Of a DNA stretch of 64,000 nt, positions 29,971 through 39,757 are shown piece after piece. The DNA lies in assembly GCA_016839705.1 (NCBI GenBank), contig JAEOTR010000006.1, positions 46,802 through 110,801 on the forward strand. Direction: 5' to 3'. Every line of letters begins with the position of its first letter. The first letter of the stretch is position 1. The DNA comes from Promethearchaeota archaeon (lineage in GTDB: Archaea; Asgardarchaeota; Lokiarchaeia; Sigyniarchaeales; SOKP01). The translations under genes and the position numbers were made by a program. The notes below the pieces were generated by a model, which worked only from the letters and a program-made list of their open reading frames with translations, was not told the DNA's origin and ran no database searches.

Positions 29971-32619
29971 TTAAGGTAATTGAGTATAAACAAATTGAGT
30001 ACGACCTATTAAATAAGTCAACACTCGGGATTTATCATAGTTAAAATAACTTTCATGAATTATAATGGGGTAACCTACAACAGGATACGGATCAGTATAA
30101 TCGAATGGAATAATTACTGTTGGTTTAATAAAATCAAACCATTGTTCTACTTGTAATATTAATGATGCAGCATTATTTACAATTTCTTCATGAGAGTCGT
30201 AGTATGCATCAACAAAATCTGAATCGGTTATTGCATTATCCCATAACGGTCGTGGACTTGGTGAAATCTGTGCCCAAATGCTGATAGCATCATACCAATG
30301 TTCATACCCAGAAAGTAATGGTGCATTTCGAAAATCAGGAGCTCCGAAAGCGATCATAGAATTATGCCCCATGTTTAGGGTCTGTTCAGCATCCCAAGGT
30401 AAAAAAATAAAACCATAATGAGGATCAGAATATAAGAAGTAATTATGAGGAAGAAATATATAATCATCCCAATTGCCAATGAAATTGCTTGCTGCAAAAT
30501 ACCTGGCTAAAAGATCTATATTAGCAACATCTTGAATATTACTCCAATTATAATTAATGTATTGGACGAATTTCTCCAAATCAGAATAATCATCTTGTTC
30601 TTCATTTGTTCTCAATTCGTAAACTCGACGACCATCCCAGGAAAAATAATTTTTTATACTTGGAAGATTAGCAAGATTAGCGTTAAGATCTGTAGTTTTA
30701 TAAAGATTTCCATTAGGGTTTTTAAAGTTATAGTTTAGGAAGGTCTTATCAATATCCTCTGTAAGTAAATACAACCCTTTGTATTCTCTAGGTTTAACTA
30801 TATCTCCATTTTCATCCGTTTCAGTAAGAAAAAGTTTCGCCCAACTAGTTCTTGGGCATGGATATCCGAGATTTTTATAGATTTCATAACTCGCCATTTC
30901 ATTCATAAAGGAATAATCTGTTGGAGCTGCTCGTATATTTAGCCTTCGTAATCCTAAGAATCGTCGATTTTCATTTTCTGGTAGATAAGAATATTGTAAA
31001 TCTCCGATATATAATTCCGTTTCGCTAAACTTTAATTTAAAAGAATCTTTGGGATATAAAACATTATAATTAGCACGAACCCTAAACCCAACATTTTCTA
31101 TCGAATATTCATCAATTGAAACATCAGCCGGCATAAAGAGACGGTTTGTCCAACGATTACTGTCATGTTTACGAATCATCATATCATCTAAGTAATCTAT
31201 TTGAATAACAACATTGACCTCATGGATTTTTTGAGTTGAAAATAATAAAGATGATTTGAAATAATATCTTCTGGCGGTGGGAGTTGAAAATCCTAATATA
31301 TTATCATCAGCACGGTAAGGTGATTTAAAATTATCAAAAAATACATTAGGTTGCTCAGTTAAGATGTTATCCAATAAATTACATCTGTTTATTATCCAGT
31401 TTTCAACTGTATCAGTGATATTTTCAACTGAATTATCGTCATTTAAAGATCGAGTAAGTGAATTTTGGATTGGTATGTAAAGTTCTTGGAAACGATTTAT
31501 TAGATCATCTAATTTCCAAATATTAGTTCTTAAATAACTCCAACGGTTAATAATATCTGATATAAACCCATCGTTTATCGAAGAATTATCAGGAAATAAG
31601 AGTCGATGGTATAATTTACTCCAGACTACAGAGTCAATTTGATTTTCACCACTATTTAACCAAAGATCAATAGGGATAGAACCGTGTTCGGAAAAACCCC
31701 AGCATTGTGCAAAATCCCAAGGTAGAAAAAAGAAAACCCCCGAAGTTTTATGGTTATACACCATATAATATGAAGATCCTTCTATAATTTCATGACCAAC
31801 TAATAACCCAAATAATAGGTTATCAATTAAAGTAATATTATCAAATATCGTAAAAATACCATATTCATGGTTGAACAGTTCTTCCTCTGATGCATTATTA
31901 ACAAACTCAGTAAGATTAATAGGAATTTGAGAAAAATCAATTGTATTTGGATATAATTGCTCCATTGGAGGATTAGTAGCTGTAGGATCTAGATAGAAGT
32001 CACCGTTCCAATTATTCGCCTTAAATATCATATCATTTTCCTCGGGATTACTAATATCTTCTTGCTCTAAATTCATAAATTTTCGATCTATTCTCTCAGA
32101 GAGTAAATAGAGACCTTGGTAATTCTCATTTATATAAACTTCTACAAACTTAGATTGCGGAAGTTTACAATAAGAATTGTTATCTTCTAGCATATTAAAA
32201 ACATCAAAAGCTAGTTTTGTCCTTAAAGCGTCTAAATTTTTACCAGAAGGTAAAAGAATCCAATCGTCATCATCACGAATTCGAAATAAATTTTCACTTT
32301 GATATAACTCAAAAGAAAAACCCCCATCAGAATCCCTTCTTCTAATTTCGGCAGCTAAATAGTGATTGGCCCATTGAGATTTTACAAATTCATTAGAAAT
32401 CGGAGAAATCTTTATAAAGCATTGTTGAGCAGAATTTGTTACTTCATTTGATACTTTAATATTAATTATTGGTACTTCTGGAGTATATGAGATCGAATTT
32501 GTAGTATCCTGATAAGAAAAATAGACAAAAGTCGAAATGGTGATAACCGAAATGATGAGGAAAGGAACTAATTCTCTCTTAAGTCGAGATGGCTTTAGTT
32601 TTTCGAGTTGAACAGACAT
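29971..32619 (-). CDS. membrane-anchored protein with two CotH kinase-like domains
   Basis: N-terminal TM; duplicated motifs YQGLYLLSERID/YKGLYLLTEDID and FLPWDF/FLPWDA. Confidence 0.8.
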   Translation of the reverse strand: MSVQLEKLKPSRLKRELVPFLIISVITISTFVYFSYQDTTNSISYTPEVPIINIKVSNEVTNSAQQCFIKISPISNEFVKSQWANHYLAAEIRRRDSDGGFSFELYQSENLFRIRDDDDWILLPSGKNLDALRTKLAFDVFNMLEDNNSYCKLPQSKFVEVYINENYQGLYLLSERIDRKFMNLEQEDISNPEENDMIFKANNWNGDFYLDPTATNPPMEQLYPNTIDFSQIPINLTEFVNNASEEELFNHEYGIFTIFDNITLIDNLLFGLLVGHEIIEGSSYYMVYNHKTSGVFFFLPWDFAQCWGFSEHGSIPIDLWLNSGENQIDSVVWSKLYHRLLFPDNSSINDGFISDIINRWSYLRTNIWKLDDLINRFQELYIPIQNSLTRSLNDDNSVENITDTVENWIINRCNLLDNILTEQPNVFFDNFKSPYRADDNILGFSTPTARRYYFKSSLLFSTQKIHEVNVVIQIDYLDDMMIRKHDSNRWTNRLFMPADVSIDEYSIENVGFRVRANYNVLYPKDSFKLKFSETELYIGDLQYSYLPENENRRFLGLRRLNIRAAPTDYSFMNEMASYEIYKNLGYPCPRTSWAKLFLTETDENGDIVKPREYKGLYLLTEDIDKTFLNYNFKNPNGNLYKTTDLNANLANLPSIKNYFSWDGRRVYELRTNEEQDDYSDLEKFVQYINYNWSNIQDVANIDLLARYFAASNFIGNWDDYIFLPHNYFLYSDPHYGFIFLPWDAEQTLNMGHNSMIAFGAPDFRNAPLLSGYEHWYDAISIWAQISPSPRPLWDNAITDSDFVDAYYDSHEEIVNNAASLILQVEQWFDFIKPTVIIPFDYTDPYPVVGYPIIIHESYFNYDKSRVLTYLIGRTQFVYTQLP

Positions 32620-32711
32620 TTTGATACCTTATTTATTTTCAAAATTTTAAAGCTTTCTAATAATAAATAGATATCGAATTGTTGAGTAGGTTGTGGTGTA
32701 AGAAAAATTTT

Positions 32712-33674
32712 TCAGAAGTGGTTTATTAAAATTGTTGATAGCTTTTCCCAATAATTCTCTATATTCCAGTCTTTTTGATCTTTGATTTTCGAAGATATAT
32801 CTTTAAAAATTTCTTTTATTTTTAAAGAAGCGAAATAATTTATCTTAGGTGCGACCAATCCAATCATATAACGTCTTTCTCCTCCCCTCACAGAACTATC
32901 TTGAAAAGAATCAAAGAAGATATAACCATCTCGATTGAAGTTTTTAATATTAAGTAATATACCCTCTGCTTTACTGATGTTTTCATACCCATAGAGGGAA
33001 ACTATTGCATGGAATAATTGTTGTCCCAGCCTTTCAATTGAAAAAGAAGAATTTCCATTTTTTGGAAAATTAGATATTAATTTTGGACCTGTTTTATCAT
33101 CCCAAAATACAACTAATAGGATAACATGACTTTTCTCTTCTTCTGTAATTGACGGAATTGTTTTCATCTTAACAGAGGAAAGTAAAACTTCAAGTTTTGC
33201 ATTGATTTCTTTTATATTTTTATTCCGAGAGATTTTTCCAGCTATAATCGCAAGTAGATCTTCAGTGTGAAATGGTTTTGTGAGATAATCGTCAACACCT
33301 AACATTTTCCCCAACCGAACATCTTCAGGAGTATTATGCCCTGATAAAAAAATGAAAGGAATATGATTGAGCATGTTTTTATTCGAGATAGCTTCAAATA
33401 AATTATAACCATCCATTTCCGGCATAACAATATCACTTATGATAATTTCAGGAATCTTTTTAGAAGTATAACGTAGTTCCAAAGCAACTTGTCCATTATT
33501 TGCAGTGATTACGTCGTAATCTTTCACTTCTAATAAATGTCGTATATTTCGTAACAATCCTAAATCATCATCTACAACAAATATTAAAGGTTTCACAGTT
33601 AAGAACTCGCTTTTCTTGTTTTCATAGCAGAATTTTTTTAAATTTAAAGGGAGAAAATTTTTCAATAATAACAA
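32712..33674 (-). CDS. response regulator receiver fused to a longin/uDENN-like domain (start may be the GTG at VKPLIFVVDD)
   Basis: FVVDDD, SDIVMPEMDG, FLSG, YLTKPF; C-terminal LVVFWDDKTGPKL...RGGERRYMIGLV. Confidence 0.8.
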   Translation of the reverse strand: MLLLKNFLPLNLKKFCYENKKSEFLTVKPLIFVVDDDLGLLRNIRHLLEVKDYDVITANNGQVALELRYTSKKIPEIIISDIVMPEMDGYNLFEAISNKNMLNHIPFIFLSGHNTPEDVRLGKMLGVDDYLTKPFHTEDLLAIIAGKISRNKNIKEINAKLEVLLSSVKMKTIPSITEEEKSHVILLVVFWDDKTGPKLISNFPKNGNSSFSIERLGQQLFHAIVSLYGYENISKAEGILLNIKNFNRDGYIFFDSFQDSSVRGGERRYMIGLVAPKINYFASLKIKEIFKDISSKIKDQKDWNIENYWEKLSTILINHF

Positions 33675-33840
33675 AAATATCCCCTTTTTTATGATTTCTG
33701 GAAAGGAAAATCTTATAAAGATGAAATTTTATATCGCGATAATAAAGCTGGTATTATAAATTGTAGTGATAAAATTAATTAAGAATATCTTTATCTAAAG
33801 CCTATAATCAAAAAACAGCAAAAATAAAGAGTTGATTTAA

Positions 33841-34068
33841 ATTTTATTACACACATACACACTAAGCCCTTACCATTGGATTTTTATGCTAGTAGGGGGA
33901 ATTGCTTTAGTTGTAGTAAACCTATTTATTGCTAAATATATGCATAAAGATGCGCTTAAAAGAGACATTAAAAATAGCGAATTCTGGTTATTAATCGGTT
34001 TTATTTTAGGTGTACTTGGTTTACTTCTTTATGTTTTCGTTCGGAAAAATTATGAAGTGAGAACATAG
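33841..34068 (+). CDS. small two-TM membrane protein (ATT start at 33841 or ATG at 33886)
   Basis: Two hydrophobic helices around the pattern YMHKDALKR...WLLIGFILGVLGLLLY. Confidence 0.65.
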   Translation: MLLHTYTLSPYHWIFMLVGGIALVVVNLFIAKYMHKDALKRDIKNSEFWLLIGFILGVLGLLLYVFVRKNYEVRT

Positions 34069-34112
34069 AATTTAAAATTTAAAAAAAAAGATTTTTTTTC
34101 TATTTCTTTTAA

Positions 34113-34301
34113 TTATCGTTTATCTATGATTAATTCTCCACCAACACCTACATTTTCAGGTAAATTCTCTTTTATTACAATCACATAAGCGCTTCTTGGG
34201 ATCTTATATGCTTTTTCCAGTGATTCAGTAATTTCTTTAACGAGGACTCTCTTAACTTCTAATTCTTTAATTGGTGGACCATCTATTACTACATTTGGCA
34301 T
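34113..34301 (-). CDS. 4-oxalocrotonate tautomerase-family protein (DmpI-like)
   Basis: Catalytic Pro after the initiator Met, 62 aa, ENVGVGG. Confidence 0.88.
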   Translation of the reverse strand: MPNVVIDGPPIKELEVKRVLVKEITESLEKAYKIPRSAYVIVIKENLPENVGVGGELIIDKR

Positions 34302-34450
34302 TATTTAACCCTCTTTATTCTGATTTTTTATATTTTTATTTAATATATTGAAATATTTATTAGATATAATTGAATTTTTAATGTTAATTCATTGAATAAG
34401 TTACTAAAAAAGGTATTTAATTCATTAAGAATTCATATTTATAAATTTTA

Positions 34451-35323
34451 ATGATTACGATTATGATGTTTACAAAACCAATAACGGATGTTATCAAAAA
34501 GCGAACATCTTGGAGGACCTATACAAATGAGCCCCTCGCACAGGATGTCAGAGAAAAAATGATTAATATGATGAGAGATAATGATTTTGGTAGTCCTTTC
34601 AGTGAAAAAGCGGGAAATTCTCGGTTTGAACTCTTGAGCATACCCGAATTCGATCCTTCAGAAAGAGAAAACTTAGGAACCTATGGAACAATTGAAGGAG
34701 TGCAGGATTTTATTGTTGGGGCGATAGAGAAATCTAAATATGATCGTGAACATTTTGGGTATATATTGGAATCACTTATATTAGGTGCAACTGATCTTGG
34801 TCTTGGAACAGTCTGGTTGGGCGGTACTTTCAATCGTAGCTTATTTTCAGCAAAAATAAAAAAGAAAGAAAATGAAATAGTTCCAGCAATTACTCCTATA
34901 GGGTATCCAGCAGCCAGAACATCTAAAGAAATAACGATTCGATCATATGCAAAAGCTGATAAGCGATTTCCCTGGGAGAAGCTCTTTTTTAAAGGTGATT
35001 TTTCAACCCCTCTCAAACTTGAAAATGAATATTTCACATTAATTGAAAATGTACGCCTTGGACCTTCTGCTGGCAATTTTCAACCCTGGAGAATTGTTAA
35101 GGAGCCTACTGAAGATAATTTTCACTTCTACCTTTTATACACTGATGATAAAATGGGAAAGGTTTATAATGTATTTAAGCGACTTGATATTGGAATAGCT
35201 GTGAGCCACTTTAACCTCAGTGCGAAAGAATTGGGAATTAACGGAAAATGGGGCTTTGAAAAACCTAACATTTCTACAACTGAGGATTTTCAGTACATTA
35301 TTTCTTGGTACGGGGATAATTAA
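34451..35323 (+). CDS. nitroreductase-family protein
   Basis: RTSWRTY, LGLGTVWLGG, PSAGNFQPW, DIGIAVSHF. Confidence 0.85.
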   Translation: MITIMMFTKPITDVIKKRTSWRTYTNEPLAQDVREKMINMMRDNDFGSPFSEKAGNSRFELLSIPEFDPSERENLGTYGTIEGVQDFIVGAIEKSKYDREHFGYILESLILGATDLGLGTVWLGGTFNRSLFSAKIKKKENEIVPAITPIGYPAARTSKEITIRSYAKADKRFPWEKLFFKGDFSTPLKLENEYFTLIENVRLGPSAGNFQPWRIVKEPTEDNFHFYLLYTDDKMGKVYNVFKRLDIGIAVSHFNLSAKELGINGKWGFEKPNISTTEDFQYIISWYGDN

Positions 35324-35534
35324 TTTTATTAGGATTTTGAGAGGATTCTTCTGGATACATAAAATTATTTCAAATTATTATTTGGGTTACTTTTTAAAAT
35401 TATTTTAAATAATAAAAATCCTTGAGGTTTTATTAAATAGCTCATGAAATTTACCAAGATTTCTTTCAAATTATAAACAAAAGGTATAATTAATACATTA
35501 TGTAATAAAAAACATGAAGCTAGGTGATATTTGA

Positions 35535-38432
35535 ATGGTAGAAACAAGAGAAGATATCAATTTAAAATTATCGGGCATGACGTGCGCTAATTGTGCATTG
35601 AAAATTGAGAATAAATTAAATAGTCTCGAGGGTGTAAGAAGTGCTGTTGTCAATTTTGCAAATGAAGAAGCCACAGTTGAATATGATCCAAATACAACGA
35701 ATTTCAAAACTTTTAAGGAAGCAGTTAAGGATCTTGGATATAAAGCATCACTCGCACGAATCGATTTAAAAGTGACTGATAAATTATCAGAGGATGATTT
35801 TAACAATCTTACTAAAAATGTCATAGAAATTGAAGGAATCCATGATGTTAGAGGAAATTTCAAAGCTTCCAAGTTATTTATAGAATTCAATGAATTAGCT
35901 CTAGATGAAGCTGGGGTATATACTAAGGTCAAGAAATTGGGCTATACCATTGAGAAATCCGCAGGATCAATGGATATAGAAATTGTGAAACATAAAAAAG
36001 AGATGAGATATCGGCTGCGTATCATGTTAATTTCCTTGGCATTTTCCCTAGTGATTACTCCTACAAGTTGGTTTGTTGTTGATTCATTTAATAGAAACGT
36101 AATTCTTTTCTTTTTTGCGTTAGCAAATTATGGGATTTCGGGTTCATTTTTCTTAATTGGAGCATATAAATCATTAAAGAATAAATCTACAAATATGGAT
36201 GTATTAGTTGCTTTAGGAACTACTACAGCGCTAATTTACTCTATATTAACGACATTCGTTATATCTGGTAAAACATTTTATGAAGCCATGAGCATGATAA
36301 TAACTTTCTTATTAATTGGGAAATATTTAGAGCACAAAACTAAAGGACAAGCTTCAGAAGCTATAAAAAAACTTATTGGTCTACAACCTAAAACAGCAAT
36401 GATTATAAAAGATGGAGAAGAAACAGAGATTCCCATTGAAGAGATTGAAGTTGGAGATGTTTTAGTAGTAAGACCTGGAGAGAAAATACCGGTTGATGGG
36501 AGAGTGGTTAAAGGAAAATCTAAAGTTGATGAATCAATGATTACAGGAGAGAGTAAATACGTTAAAAAAGAAATAGATAGTGAAGTAATTGGAGCTACTG
36601 TGAATCAAAACGGTTTAATTCATATTATAACTGAGAAAGTAGGAAAAGAAACTCTGTTATTTCAAATAATTGATTTTGTAAAACAAGCTCAAAGTCGGAA
36701 GGCAGCTAAACAGCAATTAGCTGATAAAATTAGTAATTATTTCGTTCCTACTGTAATTATAATCGCTATGAGTGCCTTTCTATTTTGGTATTTCATTGGA
36801 ACTCAAATTTACCCTTCCCTACAAGTTACACAGCTAGAAACATCATTACAAGTATTCACATCAATCGTAGTTATTGCTTGTCCTTGTGCATTAGGATTAG
36901 CTATCCCAACAGCAGTTATGGTTGGTACAGGCAAAGGCGCTGAGAATGGCTTGTTAATTAAAGGTGGTGATTCATTAGAGGCGATCAATACCATTAATAC
37001 AATAGTGTTTGATAAGACAGGTACCTTAACAGTTGGTAAACCAAAAGTAACGATAATCTATACAGAAAAAGAACTAACGGGAAAGGGTTATGATGAGGAT
37101 GACCTATTATTCTATGCAGGTAGTGCGGAAATGGGTTCTGAACACCCCATTGGAAGGGCAATAATTGAAGAGGCAAACCAAAGAGCTCTAAATCTTGAAT
37201 TTCCAACGGAATTCGACGCTATTCCTGGAAAAGGTATCAAAACTACAATTAATCAAAAGATAGTTTTGATTGGAAACGAAAAATTAATCGATGATTATCA
37301 GGTCTCAAGTGAAGTTTATAAAACTAAATTTGAGGAATTTCAACAACAGGGAATAACGACAATCCTTATTAGTATTGATAACTCTGTTAGAGGAGTAATT
37401 GGAATTTCCGATAAGATTAAAGATCAAGCACCCTATGCTTTAGAAAAACTGCGAGAAATGGGACTAGAGATTTATATGTTAACCGGGGACAATATGCAAA
37501 CTGCTTTGAGCATAGGAAGTCAATTAAAAATTGATGAGGAACATATATTTGCAGAAGTACTACCCAATGAAAAAGCACTCACCATCCAACAACTCCAAAA
37601 TTCTGGTGATGATATAATTGTTGGAATGGTCGGAGATGGCATAAACGATGCCCCAGCATTAGCTCAAGCAGATGTAGGGATTGCTATTGGCTCTGGGACG
37701 GACGTGGCGATTGAAACTGCGGATATTGTGCTCATGAGAGGAGATTTAAGAAACGTTGTCTCAGCAATTAATCTATCTAAGAAAACGTATAAAAAAATGA
37801 TTACAAATCTATTCTGGGCATTTATTTATAACATCATTGGCATTCCTCTCGCAGCTGGAGTTTTATTTGCAGCAACAGGATTCTTCTTACCGCCATATCT
37901 AGCAGCAGTTTTTATGGCATCAAGTTCAGTTTCTGTAGTTACGAATGCTTTGTTTTTGAAGAGATATGAACCGAAAACACCTCAACAAATTGAAGAAGAA
38001 AAATTATTGATCTCTCAAGAGAAGGTAACAGACCCTGTATGCGGGATGGAGATTGACCCTAGACGTGCGATTGAATATGAATATAAAAATAAAATATATC
38101 ACTTCTGCAACCCAAATTGCGAAGCCCACTTTAAACGTGATCCTGAAAGATTTAAAAATTATGATTCGATGGATCCGAAATTAATGCAAATGAAAGAATC
38201 TGATAAAAGTAAAGAAAAAGTAAGTATAGATGGTAATAATCAAGAAAAAGAGGAGGAAATAAAAATGGGACAATTAAAATGTTCTGAATGTGGAGCAACT
38301 CAAGAACTTCCAATGCATTGTGGACAAGCTATGCACAAGGAAGGTGACCAGTTAGTATGTTGGATGGGTGCTAGCTGTGGAGCTCAAGATATTCCAGAAC
38401 ATCATGGGAAAAAAATGCAAGTTATTGAATAA
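35535..38432 (+). CDS. copA: Cu(I)-translocating P1B-type ATPase with HMA, YHS and extra C-terminal Cys/His domain
   Basis: GMTCANC, TGES, CPC, DKTGT, SEHP, GDGIND, YN and MASSS motifs, DPVCGM...FCNPNC. Confidence 0.95.
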   Translation: MVETREDINLKLSGMTCANCALKIENKLNSLEGVRSAVVNFANEEATVEYDPNTTNFKTFKEAVKDLGYKASLARIDLKVTDKLSEDDFNNLTKNVIEIEGIHDVRGNFKASKLFIEFNELALDEAGVYTKVKKLGYTIEKSAGSMDIEIVKHKKEMRYRLRIMLISLAFSLVITPTSWFVVDSFNRNVILFFFALANYGISGSFFLIGAYKSLKNKSTNMDVLVALGTTTALIYSILTTFVISGKTFYEAMSMIITFLLIGKYLEHKTKGQASEAIKKLIGLQPKTAMIIKDGEETEIPIEEIEVGDVLVVRPGEKIPVDGRVVKGKSKVDESMITGESKYVKKEIDSEVIGATVNQNGLIHIITEKVGKETLLFQIIDFVKQAQSRKAAKQQLADKISNYFVPTVIIIAMSAFLFWYFIGTQIYPSLQVTQLETSLQVFTSIVVIACPCALGLAIPTAVMVGTGKGAENGLLIKGGDSLEAINTINTIVFDKTGTLTVGKPKVTIIYTEKELTGKGYDEDDLLFYAGSAEMGSEHPIGRAIIEEANQRALNLEFPTEFDAIPGKGIKTTINQKIVLIGNEKLIDDYQVSSEVYKTKFEEFQQQGITTILISIDNSVRGVIGISDKIKDQAPYALEKLREMGLEIYMLTGDNMQTALSIGSQLKIDEEHIFAEVLPNEKALTIQQLQNSGDDIIVGMVGDGINDAPALAQADVGIAIGSGTDVAIETADIVLMRGDLRNVVSAINLSKKTYKKMITNLFWAFIYNIIGIPLAAGVLFAATGFFLPPYLAAVFMASSSVSVVTNALFLKRYEPKTPQQIEEEKLLISQEKVTDPVCGMEIDPRRAIEYEYKNKIYHFCNPNCEAHFKRDPERFKNYDSMDPKLMQMKESDKSKEKVSIDGNNQEKEEEIKMGQLKCSECGATQELPMHCGQAMHKEGDQLVCWMGASCGAQDIPEHHGKKMQVIE

Positions 38433-38450
38433 TGGAAAAGTGGTGTAAAA

Positions 38451-38636
38451 ATGGGAAAATTAAAACTAGTATGTTGTAAATGTGGTAATATTATGGAAAC
38501 GTTGCCACAAGGTGCCCAAGATATAATTATTGACGAAGAAACTGGAGAAGTTTTGTACTATAATGGACCAGAATACGGGTACTTAACTGCTGACTGCGTT
38601 TTATGTGAAAAATGTCAAAAAAAAAAGGTTAAATAA
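38451..38636 (+). CDS. small Cys-rich (zinc-ribbon/metal-binding) protein
   Basis: CCKCG...CVLCEKC; GGTG upstream; directly after copA. Confidence 0.65.
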   Translation: MGKLKLVCCKCGNIMETLPQGAQDIIIDEETGEVLYYNGPEYGYLTADCVLCEKCQKKKVK

Positions 38637-38736
38637 AGTTTTTTATGATCCCATTTTTATATTTCATAAAAATTAATCTTTAAAGCGTTTTTTCTTTCTT
38701 ACACTTTAGGATTATGAAATAAGCCTTGGTGGCAAT

Positions 38737-39732
38737 ATGAAATATTACTCAAATATATTAAAATTAATTGGTAAAACACCATTAGTTCGAATTAACAAGA
38801 GCAATCCGAATCCAAATGTTTTAATGTTAGCCAAATTAGAAAAATATAATCCAGCGGGTTCAGTAAAAGATAGAATCGCTATTTCTATGATTGAAGAGGC
38901 TGAGAAAGAAGGTCTTTTAACTCGTGATAAAATAGTGATTGAACCAAGTAGTGGAAATACAGGTATTGGGTTGGCTCTTATTTGCGCGGTTAAAGGATAT
39001 CCTTTAGAAATTGTTATGCCCGAAACAATGTCAATAGAACGTCGTAAAATTATGACTACTTATGGGGCAAAAATCACATTAACTGATGGGAGTAAGGGAA
39101 TGAATGGTGCAGAAGATTTTGTGAAAGAAATTGTCGAAAAGAATCCAGATAAATACTTTTATCCTAACCAGTTTGCTAACCCAAACAATCCTTTAGCACA
39201 TTATAGATATACCTCTGAAGAAATAATAGAGGATACTGATGGTGAAATAGATGTGTTTATCGGAGGTTTAGGCACATCGGGGACCCTAATGGGAGTTTCA
39301 AAACGCTTAAAAGAATACAATCCAAGAATTAGAATAATTGGTGTAGAACCTGAGCCTAAACAAGGAATTCAAGGATTAAAAAACTTAGAAACTTCATATA
39401 TTCCACCAATATTTGATGAGACAAGATTGGATGAAAGAGTATATGTAACTTTAGAAGATGCTGAACATGCTTCGAGAATGCTTTGCTTACAAGAAGGAAT
39501 TTTCTCGGGGATAAGTTCGGGGGCAGCCATGCATGTTGCGATTGAGACTGTAAGAAAGATGAAATCTGGTACAATGGTTGTATTATTGCCGGATGGGGGT
39601 GAAAAATACATATCCCATGATATTTACCGTCCAGAGAAATGTTTAGAATGCACAAAAATCTGTAGAATTAAGACCTTATGGACAGATGAATATATTAAAT
39701 CAATTTCAGAATGGTGGGAACCACAAGAATAA
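38737..39732 (+). CDS. cysteine synthase (PLP, CysK/CysM family)
   Basis: IGKTPLV, NPAGSVKDR, SSGNTGIGLA, GTSGT, GISSGA, PDGGEKY. Confidence 0.92.
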   Translation: MKYYSNILKLIGKTPLVRINKSNPNPNVLMLAKLEKYNPAGSVKDRIAISMIEEAEKEGLLTRDKIVIEPSSGNTGIGLALICAVKGYPLEIVMPETMSIERRKIMTTYGAKITLTDGSKGMNGAEDFVKEIVEKNPDKYFYPNQFANPNNPLAHYRYTSEEIIEDTDGEIDVFIGGLGTSGTLMGVSKRLKEYNPRIRIIGVEPEPKQGIQGLKNLETSYIPPIFDETRLDERVYVTLEDAEHASRMLCLQEGIFSGISSGAAMHVAIETVRKMKSGTMVVLLPDGGEKYISHDIYRPEKCLECTKICRIKTLWTDEYIKSISEWWEPQE

Positions 39733-39757
39733 ATCTTTTTTAAGAAACTTCTCCTTC

